Source of the DNA: a virus
DNA length: 64,000 nucleotides
Direction: 5' to 3' (one strand)
Virus record (IMG/VR): IMGVR_UViG_3300036820_000004
Coordinates: 55,754 to 119,753 of that record
The stretch's first letter is position 1. Each line of letters opens with the position of its first letter. Shown piece after piece: positions 18,608-28,083 of this stretch. The notes beneath the pieces are model-generated. The model was not told the DNA's origin and did not search any database. It saw nothing but the letters and a program-made list of their open reading frames with translations. The translations under genes and the position numbers were made by a program.

Positions 18608-19744
18608 GTGCGGATCCTGGTTTACTCAAACGCGCCGTGGGCCTGGTCGGGGTACGGCACGCAGACCGCGCAGCTGGTTCCGCGGCTGGCCGCCGCCGGT
18701 CATGAGGCGGCGGTGGCCGCGTTCCACGGCTTGCAGGCCGCGCCGCTGAACTGGCAGGGGTTCATGGTGTACCCGGGCAGCGGCGAGGACCCGTGGGCGC
18801 AGGATGTGCTGCAAGGCCACTACGCCCACCACCAGGCGGACCTGCTCCTCACCCTCATGGACGCGTGGGTGCTGAACCCGGCCCTGCTCGCCGGCATGAA
18901 TGTGGCCCACTGGATGCCGGTCGACTGTTCTCCGCTATCGGCGATGGACAAGCATGTCCTCACCGAGGGCGGCGGCAGGCCCGTCGCGATGAGCGGTTTC
19001 GGCCGCCGCCAGCTGGAAGACGCCGGCTGGGCACCGCTGTATGTTCCGCACGCGATCGACACGCAAGCCATGTTCACCCCGCTCCCGGACCGGGATGCTC
19101 TGCGCAGCGAGCTCGGCCTGGCCGGCCAGTTCCTGGTCGGCATCAACGGCGCCAACCAGGACCCGGTCAGGAAAGGCCTAGCCGAGCAGTTTGAGGCGTT
19201 CGCCGCGTTTCGCTCCGCGCACCCGGAAGCGCTGCTGCTGGTCAACGCACGGTGCGAAACCCGGCAAGGTATCAGCCTGACCGCCCTGGCCGCCGCGCAC
19301 GGCCTCGGCCCGGACAGCGTCCAGTTCGCTGACCAGTACCTGTACTCGGCGGGGCTGTTCGGACAGGACAAACTCGCTCGCTGGTACGGCTTGCTGGACG
19401 TGCTGTCGAACTGTTCCTTCGGTGAGGGGTTCGGCTTGCCCGTCCTCGAGGCACAGGCATGCGGGACACCGGTCGTGGTCACGGACTTTTCCGCGATGAC
19501 CGAGCTGTGCGGCTCCGGGTGGCTTGTGGAGGGCAGCCGGTTCTGGAACAAGGGCCACTCCGCGTGGTGGCTGCGGCCGTCGGCAGCGGCCATCGCCGGC
19601 GCGTACGAGGAAGCGTTCGCGTTGTGGCAGGCCGGGGGCCTGGGTGCCTACCGGGAGAAAGCGCGGCAGTTCTCGCTGGCCTATGACGCTGACCGCGTGC
19701 TCGCCGAGTACTGGGTTCCCGCACTGGCTGAACTCGCCGGCTAA
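18608..19744 (+). CDS. GT4 family glycosyltransferase
   Basis: RILVYSNAPW..SGYG; EGFGLPVLEAQACGTPVV. Confidence 0.9.
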   Translation: MRILVYSNAPWAWSGYGTQTAQLVPRLAAAGHEAAVAAFHGLQAAPLNWQGFMVYPGSGEDPWAQDVLQGHYAHHQADLLLTLMDAWVLNPALLAGMNVAHWMPVDCSPLSAMDKHVLTEGGGRPVAMSGFGRRQLEDAGWAPLYVPHAIDTQAMFTPLPDRDALRSELGLAGQFLVGINGANQDPVRKGLAEQFEAFAAFRSAHPEALLLVNARCETRQGISLTALAAAHGLGPDSVQFADQYLYSAGLFGQDKLARWYGLLDVLSNCSFGEGFGLPVLEAQACGTPVVVTDFSAMTELCGSGWLVEGSRFWNKGHSAWWLRPSAAAIAGAYEEAFALWQAGGLGAYREKARQFSLAYDADRVLAEYWVPALAELAG

Positions 19745-20271
19745 CTGGCTTGTGCCTGGGCTCTCCATTCAGCAGCCCACTGGAAGTCCAGCCCGGCCAG
19801 TTTCGCGCACTGCTCATCCTCTGGCAGGTCACCAACCATGAGTCCCATGTACGGCGGATAGTACTCACCAAAGCGGGCCGCGATGTCAAGCGCGGACTCG
19901 ATCAGCAAGCCCGGCGACGGCTTACGGCACCAGCACCGGGCAAATTCGGGAAGCTTCGCATTCGGGTGATGAATGCAGAACGCGATCTTGTCGAATAGTT
20001 TGCCAGATTGCCGGTAGGTCTCCCGCATGGCGGCCTCAACCTTGGCGTATGTGACGATGCCAAGCGAGACGCCGCCCTGATTGCTGACGCCGATAATCCG
20101 TCCTCCGTCCGCTTTCCAGCGACGCATCATCTCGATCGCCTCGGGAAACACCACGACATCGTCAGGACCATTCACGAACCGGCCGAGCGCATCATCCTTG
20201 CCCTGTCGCACAGTGCCGTCAAGATCCAGGTACAGGACCGGCACAGCGCGTTCCTTCTCGTCCCGCACCAT
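19741..20271 (-). CDS. HAD-IIIA phosphatase (GmhB/HisB-N-like)
   Basis: DLDGT, SNQGG, CIHHP...CWCRKPSPG, MVGD. Confidence 0.85.
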   Translation of the reverse strand: MVRDEKERAVPVLYLDLDGTVRQGKDDALGRFVNGPDDVVVFPEAIEMMRRWKADGGRIIGVSNQGGVSLGIVTYAKVEAAMRETYRQSGKLFDKIAFCIHHPNAKLPEFARCWCRKPSPGLLIESALDIAARFGEYYPPYMGLMVGDLPEDEQCAKLAGLDFQWAAEWRAQAQAS

Positions 20272-20350
20272 GCGGGTGACCTGGTGGCCCACAGGCTGCC
20301 TCCGTTGGGGGGGTGGTTTGAGTTCGGATCCTCGTGCATAGCAATGCGCC

Positions 20351-21457
20351 ATGGCTCCCTACTTTAGGGCTGGCTATGGCGCTCAGACGGCCATGCTAGC
20401 GCCCCGGCTGGCAGCAGCCGGCTACGAGGTAGCGATCTCCGCGTTCGCCGGGCTGCAGGGCGCTGCGACCACGTGGAACGGTCACACCGTCTACCCGGGC
20501 GGTCTTGACCCCTACGGCGGTGACGTCCTCCCGGCCCACGCGGCCCGGTTCGGCGCCGACCTCGTCCTCACCCTCATGGACGCGTGGGTGCTGAACCCGG
20601 CCATTGTCAACGGCCTGAACGCGGCGTGCTGGATGCCTGTCGACTGCACGCCCCTGTCGGCGATGGACCGCGGGTTCCTGCGCAACTCCGGGGCCCGGCC
20701 CATCGCGATGAGCGAGCACGGGCGCGCCGAACTCGAAGCCGCCGGGTGGGCTGCTCTGTACGCGCCGCACGCGGTGGACACGCAGGCGTTCGCCCCGCAG
20801 GACAAGACCGCGGCGAGGAAGGTCATGGGCGTCCCGGCGGACGCCTGGGTGATCGGAGTCAACGCAGCCAACCTGGACGCGGTCCGCAAAGGCTTCCCGG
20901 AGCAGATGGCCGCGTTCGCCGCGTTCCGCAAGGACCATCCCGAGGCGATCCTCCTGCTGCACACTCATCCCGCCGGCCCCGGTTCCGGATGCGATCTGCG
21001 GGACCTGGCCGGCCGGCTGGGCATCGGCGACGCGATCCGCTGGTCCGATCCTTACCGGTACACCTGCGGCGGGTTCAGCACGGCGGACATGGCCCGCTGG
21101 TATGCCTGCCTGGACCTGTACTCCGGGTGCGCGTACGCCGAAGGATTCGGCCTGCCGCTCCTCGAAGCCGCAGCGTGCGGTGTCCCGTCGGTGACCACGT
21201 CATTCTCGGCGATGCCGCAAGCCGCCGGGCCGCACGCCTACCTGGCCGCAACCGAGCCGTTCTGGAACGCCCGGCACCGGGCCTGGTGGGGCAAGCCGCT
21301 GGTCGCTGACATCGCCGCAGCCTACGAGCAGGCATTCAAGGACGAACACGACAGCGACGCGATCCGTGCCCACGCCCTGGCCTACGACGCGGACGCGGTG
21401 TTCGCGGAGCACTGGCTGCCCGTCCTGGCGGTCCTGGCGGAAGGAGGTGCCTGTTGA
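20351..21457 (+). CDS. GT4 family glycosyltransferase paralog, N-terminus frameshifted
   Basis: EGFGLPLLEAAACGVP; RILVHSNAPW lies in another frame at 20325-20354; 38-bp identity with first GT4 (18846-18883 = 20565-20602). Confidence 0.85.
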   Translation: MAPYFRAGYGAQTAMLAPRLAAAGYEVAISAFAGLQGAATTWNGHTVYPGGLDPYGGDVLPAHAARFGADLVLTLMDAWVLNPAIVNGLNAACWMPVDCTPLSAMDRGFLRNSGARPIAMSEHGRAELEAAGWAALYAPHAVDTQAFAPQDKTAARKVMGVPADAWVIGVNAANLDAVRKGFPEQMAAFAAFRKDHPEAILLLHTHPAGPGSGCDLRDLAGRLGIGDAIRWSDPYRYTCGGFSTADMARWYACLDLYSGCAYAEGFGLPLLEAAACGVPSVTTSFSAMPQAAGPHAYLAATEPFWNARHRAWWGKPLVADIAAAYEQAFKDEHDSDAIRAHALAYDADAVFAEHWLPVLAVLAEGGAC

Positions 21458-21993
21458 GCCTCCGCGACGACTACCTGGCCCGGCTGGAGCCGTGGAGCGA
21501 CATCCAGGACTGCCTGGTGCGCCTGCACGACGCCGCGGCCCGGTATCCCGGGGTGCGGGTCCTGGAGCTGGGGGTCCGGTCGGGCAACTCGACCGCGGCG
21601 TTCCTCGCCGCCGCCGACCGGGCGGACGGGCATGTCTGGTCGGCCGACATCATGCCCCCGGACGTGCCCGCGCACTGGCACGACTGCGGCCGGTGGACGT
21701 TCATCCCCGGCGACGACATGATCATAATCCCGCCGCCGGGGCCGTTCGACATCCTGTTCATCGACTCCTCGCACCGCCGCGCCCACACCCTCGCCGAACT
21801 GCGCAAGTTCGCGCCACTGGTGCGGCCGGGAGGGAAGGTGCTGCTGCATGACACGCGGCTGGAGCACGTGGACGGCGAAGAAGTGCCGTTCCCGGTGGCC
21901 CGGGCAGTGAGCGCCTTCTGCGGGGAGACCGGGTTGTCGTGGACCGACCATGACGCCTGGTACGGTCTCGGCGAGATCGTGATCCCGGCGTGA
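21454..21993 (+). CDS. class I SAM-dependent methyltransferase (Methyltransf_24-like)
   Basis: VLELGVRSGNST, DILFIDSSH, VRPGGKVLLHD. Confidence 0.85.
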   Translation: MSLRDDYLARLEPWSDIQDCLVRLHDAAARYPGVRVLELGVRSGNSTAAFLAAADRADGHVWSADIMPPDVPAHWHDCGRWTFIPGDDMIIIPPPGPFDILFIDSSHRRAHTLAELRKFAPLVRPGGKVLLHDTRLEHVDGEEVPFPVARAVSAFCGETGLSWTDHDAWYGLGEIVIPA

Positions 21994-22074
21994 ACGCCCC
22001 CGGGCTCGCCGGAGTCCTCGCCGCGCTCGAGGAAGGGTCGGCGTTCTGGCTCGGCTACGGATGGCTGAAGGCCC

Positions 22075-22578
22075 GTGGAACGCATTCCCGCTGAGTCCTG
22101 GCGCGACCACCCGGGCCACATCAGACGCTACCTGTGGGCAGCGTTCCTCACCGCGCCGTCCGAGCGGGTCAATGACATCGCCTGCGGCACCGGGTACGGT
22201 TGCCTGCTGCTGCCGCACGCCGGCTACCACGGCTACGACAAGCCCGGCGTGCCCCGCGGGGACCTGTTTCCCGGCGAGTTCACCGGGTGCGACATCGACG
22301 ACCCGGCGTGGATGCCGCGCGAATGCGACGTGACGTGCTGTTTCGAGACCCTGGAGCACGTCCGGGGCCCGGCCGCGCTGGCGAAGGTGATCACGGCCAC
22401 GACCCGGCGCGCGGTGTTCGTGTCGGTGCCGGTCATCCCGACCGTGCACTGCAACGAGTTCCACCGCTCGGACTTCACCGCCGCTGACATCCCGCCCTTG
22501 CTCGGCGGGTTCGCCGTCGCGGAAGAATGGGCCCAGCCGGAGGAAACCTCGCACGTGTGGATGTTCACCCGTGCCTGA
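22075..22578 (+). CDS. class I SAM-dependent methyltransferase
   Basis: HIRRY, DIACGTGYG, FETLEH. Confidence 0.8.
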   Translation: MERIPAESWRDHPGHIRRYLWAAFLTAPSERVNDIACGTGYGCLLLPHAGYHGYDKPGVPRGDLFPGEFTGCDIDDPAWMPRECDVTCCFETLEHVRGPAALAKVITATTRRAVFVSVPVIPTVHCNEFHRSDFTAADIPPLLGGFAVAEEWAQPEETSHVWMFTRA

Positions 22579-23230
22579 CGCCGCGATCATCACCGCGGTG
22601 TACGGGGCCTATGACGTGATCAAGCCAGTGTGCCCGCAAGACGGCACCGACTGCGAGCACATCCTGGTCACCGACGATGAGACTCTCGGCGAGGACCACC
22701 TGGGCTGGCGGGTCGTCTTGCGGCCCCGTCCCGGCGTTTCCCCCATGCGGGCGGCCAAGTGCCCGAAGCTGTGCCCCTGGGAATACACCGCCGCCCCGGC
22801 ATCGGTCTGGGTGGACGGGTCGGTCATCGTCACGTCGCCCCGGTTCGCCGGCCAGGTCCTGGATGCCGCCGCGCCGCTCGCGCAGTTCGCCCACCCGGAC
22901 CGGGACTGCATCTACGAGGAGGCCGTGACGTCGTCGGCGATCGCCAAGTACGCGGGCGAGCCGGTCATGGCGCAGGCGCGGCACTACCGGCTGCAAGGAC
23001 ATCCGGAGCACTGGGGACTGTGGGCGGCCACGGTGATCGCCCGGCACCACACCCCGCAGGTCCGCGACCTCGGCGAGCAGTGGACCGCCGAGGTCGGGGC
23101 ATGGTCGTTCCAGGATCAGGTCTCCCAGCCGTACGTGCTGCGGAACCTGGGCCTGCGGCCCGCGGTGCTGCCCGGATGTTACCGGGACAACTGCTGGCTG
23201 CGCCTGGAAGGGTCGGGGAAGCACTGGTGA
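22571..23230 (+). CDS. DUF616/TOD1-MUCI70-like glycosyltransferase
   Basis: TAVYGAYD, WVDGS, HPDRDCIYEEA, QDQVSQPYV. Confidence 0.75.
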   Translation: MPDAAIITAVYGAYDVIKPVCPQDGTDCEHILVTDDETLGEDHLGWRVVLRPRPGVSPMRAAKCPKLCPWEYTAAPASVWVDGSVIVTSPRFAGQVLDAAAPLAQFAHPDRDCIYEEAVTSSAIAKYAGEPVMAQARHYRLQGHPEHWGLWAATVIARHHTPQVRDLGEQWTAEVGAWSFQDQVSQPYVLRNLGLRPAVLPGCYRDNCWLRLEGSGKHW

Positions 23231-23423
23231 CGGCCCCCGCACCCGAGGTGACGATCGCCATCGCGGGCCAGCCCGCAGTGCGTGCCCGGTGCTGCGGCAG
23301 CCCGCGGCCGGACACGTGGTGGACGCTGCGCGACAAGCACGGGAATTTTGCCCTGGAGATGCGGTGCCGCAGTTGCCAGGCCGCGCTGGGCGCCATCACC
23401 TGGCATGAGGACATGAGGCCAGC

Positions 23424-24236
23424 ATGACCGTCTGGCTCCCGGTGATGTTCCGCGACGAACTTGAGCTCCTGGAGATGCGGCTCGAGGAAACAGCCGCGTG
23501 GCCGGCGCGGACCGTGCTGACGGAAAGCCCGCTCACCCACCGGGGCATGCCCAAGCCGCTGCACTACGCGGAGAGCCGCGACCGGTTCGCAAAGTGGAAC
23601 GACTCCATTGTGCATGTCGTCGCGGACCTGCCGGACGTGCCGCCGTGGGCGCGGGAGCACGCCCAGCGCAACGCCGCGTGGCCCGTCATCGACGCGAACG
23701 CTGAGCCCGGGGACACGGTCATCATCGCCGACCTGGACGAGATCCCGTCCTCCTCGCTGATGAACTGGCGGCAGGTAACCGGCGGCCGGTACACGGTCAT
23801 CGCGGCGCGGATGCGGACCGCCTTGTTCGCCGTGGACTGGCTGGTGCCAGATGAGGTGCTGCCGCCGACATGCGTCGCGGCCACCGTGGAATGGCTGCGG
23901 GCGAGAGCGGCCGAGGGCCAAGGGCTCGGCGAGGTGCGGGACCGGCGCGGTGAGTTCTTCCAGCTGCGGGACGGCGGCTGGCATTTCTCGTGGCTCGGGG
24001 GACCCGCAGCGCAGCAGCGCAAGCTCCTGACCTCCACCTGTCACACCGAACTGCTCGGCACCGAAGAGGGGAACCTGATCCTGTCCGGGGAGCGGTACCG
24101 CACCGGCCGGCATGCCGCTGGCCACCTGCCCGTCGTGGGCGCGGACGCGGACGGGACGTGGCCGGCGTTCATCAGGGAGCGGCGCTGCCCTGCTGAGTGG
24201 TTCCGGCCCAGAAAGGAAGCCGCCTGTGCCCTCTGA
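23424..24236 (+). CDS. GT17-like (beta-1,4-GlcNAc transferase-like) glycosyltransferase
   Basis: ELELLEMRL, THRG.PKPL, RE..QRN, DLDEIP, GGWHFSW. Confidence 0.8.
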   Translation: MTVWLPVMFRDELELLEMRLEETAAWPARTVLTESPLTHRGMPKPLHYAESRDRFAKWNDSIVHVVADLPDVPPWAREHAQRNAAWPVIDANAEPGDTVIIADLDEIPSSSLMNWRQVTGGRYTVIAARMRTALFAVDWLVPDEVLPPTCVAATVEWLRARAAEGQGLGEVRDRRGEFFQLRDGGWHFSWLGGPAAQQRKLLTSTCHTELLGTEEGNLILSGERYRTGRHAAGHLPVVGADADGTWPAFIRERRCPAEWFRPRKEAACAL

Positions 24237-25035
24237 CTTGTCCTCCATGGCCGTGATGACCACCGCCTGGAGACGTCCCTACTACTTCGAGCGCGTCCTG
24301 CTTTCCTGGTCCCGCGCCGAGGGCATCGAGAGCCTGGGCCGGTTCGTGATCTCACTGGGCCGCACCGACCGCTACGACCGCCAGGTGAAGCTCATTGACC
24401 GGATGCGCTCCCGGTTCGGGGTGCTGGAGATCCTGGACCAGTCCGGCCGGGCCATGTCAGTCAACGGGCCGCACACCGCTATCGCCGAGGCCGCGATCCA
24501 CGCGTTCGCCAGCGACGGCATCGACTTCCTGGTGTTCGGCGAGGAAGACGTGATGGTCTCCTCCGACGTGCTCACCTTCATGTGGCGGGCCGCAAGCCAG
24601 TTCCGGGATGACGAGCGCGTGCTGGCGGTTCTCGCCCATTCCCGATGCGGGCAGGGCTGGGACGGCCCGTCGGTGACCGACGACCCGGACGCGGATCCGG
24701 GGATCGTGCGCCTGGCGCCGTACTTCAACCCGTGGTGCTGGGGCGTGTGGCGGGACCGGTGGGAGCAGGTCCTGGAACCGGAGTGGGACTGGGACTGCAC
24801 GAGTGGCGGCCCGATGGACAGCGGCTACGACCACAACATCCAGGCCCGCATCCTGCCCCGCCACAACATGCTCTGCGTCGTTCCCGACGCTTCTCGCTCG
24901 CAGAACATCGGCCAGCACGAAGGCTGGGCGACCAGCCCGCAGACCTGGGCCTTCTCCCAGGCGAAATCCTTTCGCGAGCACCGCGACCCGTGCGAGTTCC
25001 GGCTAGCCGAGGAGACGCAATGCCCAGCCAAGTGA
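24226..25035 (+). CDS. GT-A fold glycosyltransferase (GT2/GT13-like)
   Basis: AWRRP, EEDV, WGVWRDRW, SRSQNIG. Confidence 0.7.
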   Translation: MPSDLSSMAVMTTAWRRPYYFERVLLSWSRAEGIESLGRFVISLGRTDRYDRQVKLIDRMRSRFGVLEILDQSGRAMSVNGPHTAIAEAAIHAFASDGIDFLVFGEEDVMVSSDVLTFMWRAASQFRDDERVLAVLAHSRCGQGWDGPSVTDDPDADPGIVRLAPYFNPWCWGVWRDRWEQVLEPEWDWDCTSGGPMDSGYDHNIQARILPRHNMLCVVPDASRSQNIGQHEGWATSPQTWAFSQAKSFREHRDPCEFRLAEETQCPAK

Positions 25036-25310
25036 ACCTGCCCCCCGGCTGCAGGTCACTGCGCATGGAAGACGGCTCCCGCTACGTCGCGGCCCGCGAG
25101 GGCGGCAAGGTCACCGTCGAAGACCATCACGCAGCGGCGATCGACCAGATGGACGGGAACGGCACCGCGGGCTTGGTGACCGGAGCGTTCCGGGTGTTCG
25201 GCAGCAGCAGGAAGGCCGGGCGCTGGTGCCGGTCCTGCCAGCCAGCACGGCTCTGGAACGCCTGGAATTTGCTTTGTCCGCGCTGCGGTGCGGCTACGGA
25301 GCCTGAGTAA
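25020..25310 (+). CDS. hypothetical zinc-ribbon protein
   Basis: GGAG before ATG; CRSC...CPRCG. Confidence 0.55.
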   Translation: MPSQVNLPPGCRSLRMEDGSRYVAAREGGKVTVEDHHAAAIDQMDGNGTAGLVTGAFRVFGSSRKAGRWCRSCQPARLWNAWNLLCPRCGAATEPE

Positions 25311-25339
25311 ATCCACCACTCACCGGAAGGAACCATGCC

Positions 25340-26029
25340 ATGACCCTCTTTGCCCGGAGTGATGTCGCTTCGGTGCATGTCCCTGCCGAGGACTTCGGAG
25401 GCTGCGCGCAGACGCATCGCCGACCCGTGGTCAACGGCGCGCCCGCCCAGGTCTGGGCGCTGGACTGCCCCTCATGCGAGAACCATCTCCGCCACAGCGA
25501 CCAGTGGGGTGTCACCGCATCCGAGATCCCCGAAACCCACGATGAGGGCAAGGCCCGCGAGGACTTCGACAAGCGCGGCGCCAAGGACAAGGACGCGATC
25601 CTCACCCTGGCACTGGCCCGTCTCGCCGGGATCGACTCCGCCGAACTTCCCGAGTCACTGACCCGGATGATCTCCGGTGCGCCGCTGCACGTCCCGGTCC
25701 AGGGGCAGATGGAATGCCCGGACGGTCATGGACAGCCGGCCGGGTCCAGGTTCTGCAACCAGTGCGGGTCGCCCATGTCGCAGCCGGCCACCAAGGCCGC
25801 TCTCAGTGCCCCCCAGCGCGCCGCTGAGCCTGCCCCTGCCGCAGCTCCGCCACCGTCGGCACTGCGGGCTCAGCGGCTGCGGGACGCGCGGCTGGAAACC
25901 CTTCAGGCGCTCGCCCGCAGCAGGGACCTGGACGCGGACGGCACCCGGCCCGACCTCATCTCGCGACTCGCGGCAGCCGGGGTCACCAACGCCGACCTTC
26001 AGCGGTTCCTCGAGCCCGCAGCCGTCTAG
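25340..26029 (+). CDS. hypothetical protein with zinc ribbon and SAP-like C-terminus
   Basis: GGAAGGA RBS; FCNQCG; LQALAR...GTRPDLISRL. Confidence 0.6.
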   Translation: MTLFARSDVASVHVPAEDFGGCAQTHRRPVVNGAPAQVWALDCPSCENHLRHSDQWGVTASEIPETHDEGKAREDFDKRGAKDKDAILTLALARLAGIDSAELPESLTRMISGAPLHVPVQGQMECPDGHGQPAGSRFCNQCGSPMSQPATKAALSAPQRAAEPAPAAAPPPSALRAQRLRDARLETLQALARSRDLDADGTRPDLISRLAAAGVTNADLQRFLEPAAV

Positions 26030-26257
26030 GGAGCATGTGGGAAGGCGTAAAGGGGCATCCTGCGCCCGGTGCGGCGGGACGAAGCGCACCAGGGGGCGGC
26101 GCAAACCGCAGATGCAGTGGGGAACATCGCAGGGTGCCCCGATCGGCATGTGCGTGGACTGCCAGGAACCTGTTTGCCTCATACATGCGGTGGAAGCCCC
26201 CGACGACGGGGGGTACCGCTGCACGAAATGCCAGCGGGCCAAACGGAAGGGCACGGC

Positions 26258-27232
26258 ATGACGTTCCCGGCGCAGGCCGTCCCCCTCCCCGCAGGGCAAA
26301 CCCCTTACGTCACCGCGGACCAGCTGCTCAACGGGATGTGGCCGACCGGGATCAGCTGGGCGTCGCTCCCGCCGGGGCGCGAGGCTACCGTTGACCAGAA
26401 GTACGCGGCGGTCTCCACGGTCTGCGCGGAAGGCACCAGTGAATGCGACGCGGCCTGCAACCAGCCGCTCCGCTGCACGGCGACAACCGAGTTCCTCCAC
26501 GGACCCGGCGACGGCGGGAACCGGGTCACGATCCAGCCCGGGTCCGGGCTGTGCCGGGTCATCCTCCAGCGCCTGCCCGTCCTGATGATCACCCAGGTAC
26601 GCGTGTCACCGAACGTGTTCCCGCGGCAGTGGACCACACTGCCCGACGGGTACTACTCGCCCGAGTACCCGGCCCTCGGCCTGTACGACTCGATCGCGCC
26701 GTCTGCGGGCGGCCAGGGCGGCCAGGCCATTCTCATCGCCCAGGGCTATGTCCCTCCGGTCCGCTACGGCACGGCGATCCAGGTGTCCTACACTCACGGC
26801 TGGCCGCACGGGTCACTGACCGAGGCGGCCGACGCTGACGCGACCGAGATCAGCGTGGATGACTGCACGGGCTGGGGCATCACCACCGCGGCCGGGACCG
26901 GGGCCGCGGGCGTCGTCTACGACGGCGCGTCCGGGTCACAGGAAGCGATCAAATGCACCGCTTCATCTGACCCGTCCGGGCCCGGGATGCTTACTCTCGC
27001 AACGCCGCTGCAGAACGCCCACAATGCCGGGATCATGGTGTCGTCGTTCCCGCAGGACATCATCTGGGGCGCGGCCCTGTTCGCCTCCGCTACGGCGCTC
27101 ACCAGGGGCGCAACCGCGACCACGATCCAGGAAGCGCCCGGGCGCGGGTCAGGCAGCGGCGGCGACGCGGGCGTGACCGGGCTGATGAAGGCCGCCCAGA
27201 AGAAACTCCGGTTCTACGCGAGGACAATCTGA
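26258..27232 (+). CDS. putative head-tail connector
   Basis: PYVT...A....DAACNQPL N-terminus; position. Confidence 0.55.
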   Translation: MTFPAQAVPLPAGQTPYVTADQLLNGMWPTGISWASLPPGREATVDQKYAAVSTVCAEGTSECDAACNQPLRCTATTEFLHGPGDGGNRVTIQPGSGLCRVILQRLPVLMITQVRVSPNVFPRQWTTLPDGYYSPEYPALGLYDSIAPSAGGQGGQAILIAQGYVPPVRYGTAIQVSYTHGWPHGSLTEAADADATEISVDDCTGWGITTAAGTGAAGVVYDGASGSQEAIKCTASSDPSGPGMLTLATPLQNAHNAGIMVSSFPQDIIWGAALFASATALTRGATATTIQEAPGRGSGSGGDAGVTGLMKAAQKKLRFYARTI

Positions 27233-27789
27233 TGTCGCTCGCCGCGGTCCAGCAGTACATCAAGAGCCTGCTGGATCAGATGCCGTGGCCGGACACGATG
27301 ACCGGCCTGCCGGCCCCGAACTGTTACATCCAGCCGCCCAACCCGAACGTGCAATCGGAAATCCCGTCGATCTACGTGTGGATGCAACGGGACCGCGAAT
27401 CCCGCGACACCGACAAACTCCGCTCGGGCACTATCCCCCGCGCCGCGGCACCCGGCGGCCCGTCTGGCACCAAGGCCGTCGACTACATGATCCCGGTATG
27501 GCTGGTGTGGATGATGTCATCCGACGATCCTGACATCGACAACCTGTTCCCCGGCATGATCTGGGCCGTGCGCACTGTCCTGCGCGGCGGCGCTTTCGCC
27601 GAGGACGGCACCTCCTACAGCCAGACGCCGTACCTGCTGACCGACCCGTGGACCAGTGAGCAATCCTGGCTGATTGACCTCGGTGAGGACATGACCACCG
27701 AGAACTACGAGCGTGTTCTCGAAGATCAGCGATTCCTGCGTTTCGACGCGGTCATCGACTGCTCGGTCAGCGAAGTCATCGCTTCCTGA
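27232..27789 (+). CDS. putative tail terminator/completion protein
   Basis: Position before tail tube; TGATG coupling. Confidence 0.5.
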   Translation: MSLAAVQQYIKSLLDQMPWPDTMTGLPAPNCYIQPPNPNVQSEIPSIYVWMQRDRESRDTDKLRSGTIPRAAAPGGPSGTKAVDYMIPVWLVWMMSSDDPDIDNLFPGMIWAVRTVLRGGAFAEDGTSYSQTPYLLTDPWTSEQSWLIDLGEDMTTENYERVLEDQRFLRFDAVIDCSVSEVIAS

Positions 27790-27831
27790 GCTGCCTTTAC
27801 CTTCACCTTCACCCTCACCGACAGGAGCCGT

Positions 27832-28083
27832 GTGGCTGGTGGTCCTTACTCGTTTTCCGGCCTGAACACCCTGGGCTACCCCGACTACCGCGACCTCGGC
27901 ACCGGCCGCATGCTGGTCGCCGCCCCCGGCGAGTCCTACGAGATCGCCGCCATCGACGGCCAGCTCGTCGTGCCGCCCCCGGACGGCCGCTGGGCCGCGG
28001 CAAGTTCCGGTGCCCCGCCCGGCATCACCCCTCCCCCTCCAGTCCCGCCTGTGCCCGCAGTCGAGGGGAGTGAAGCGGCATGA
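27832..28083 (+). CDS. hypothetical virion protein
   Basis: AGGAG RBS; coupled to tail tube. Confidence 0.55.
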   Translation: MAGGPYSFSGLNTLGYPDYRDLGTGRMLVAAPGESYEIAAIDGQLVVPPPDGRWAAASSGAPPGITPPPPVPPVPAVEGSEAA

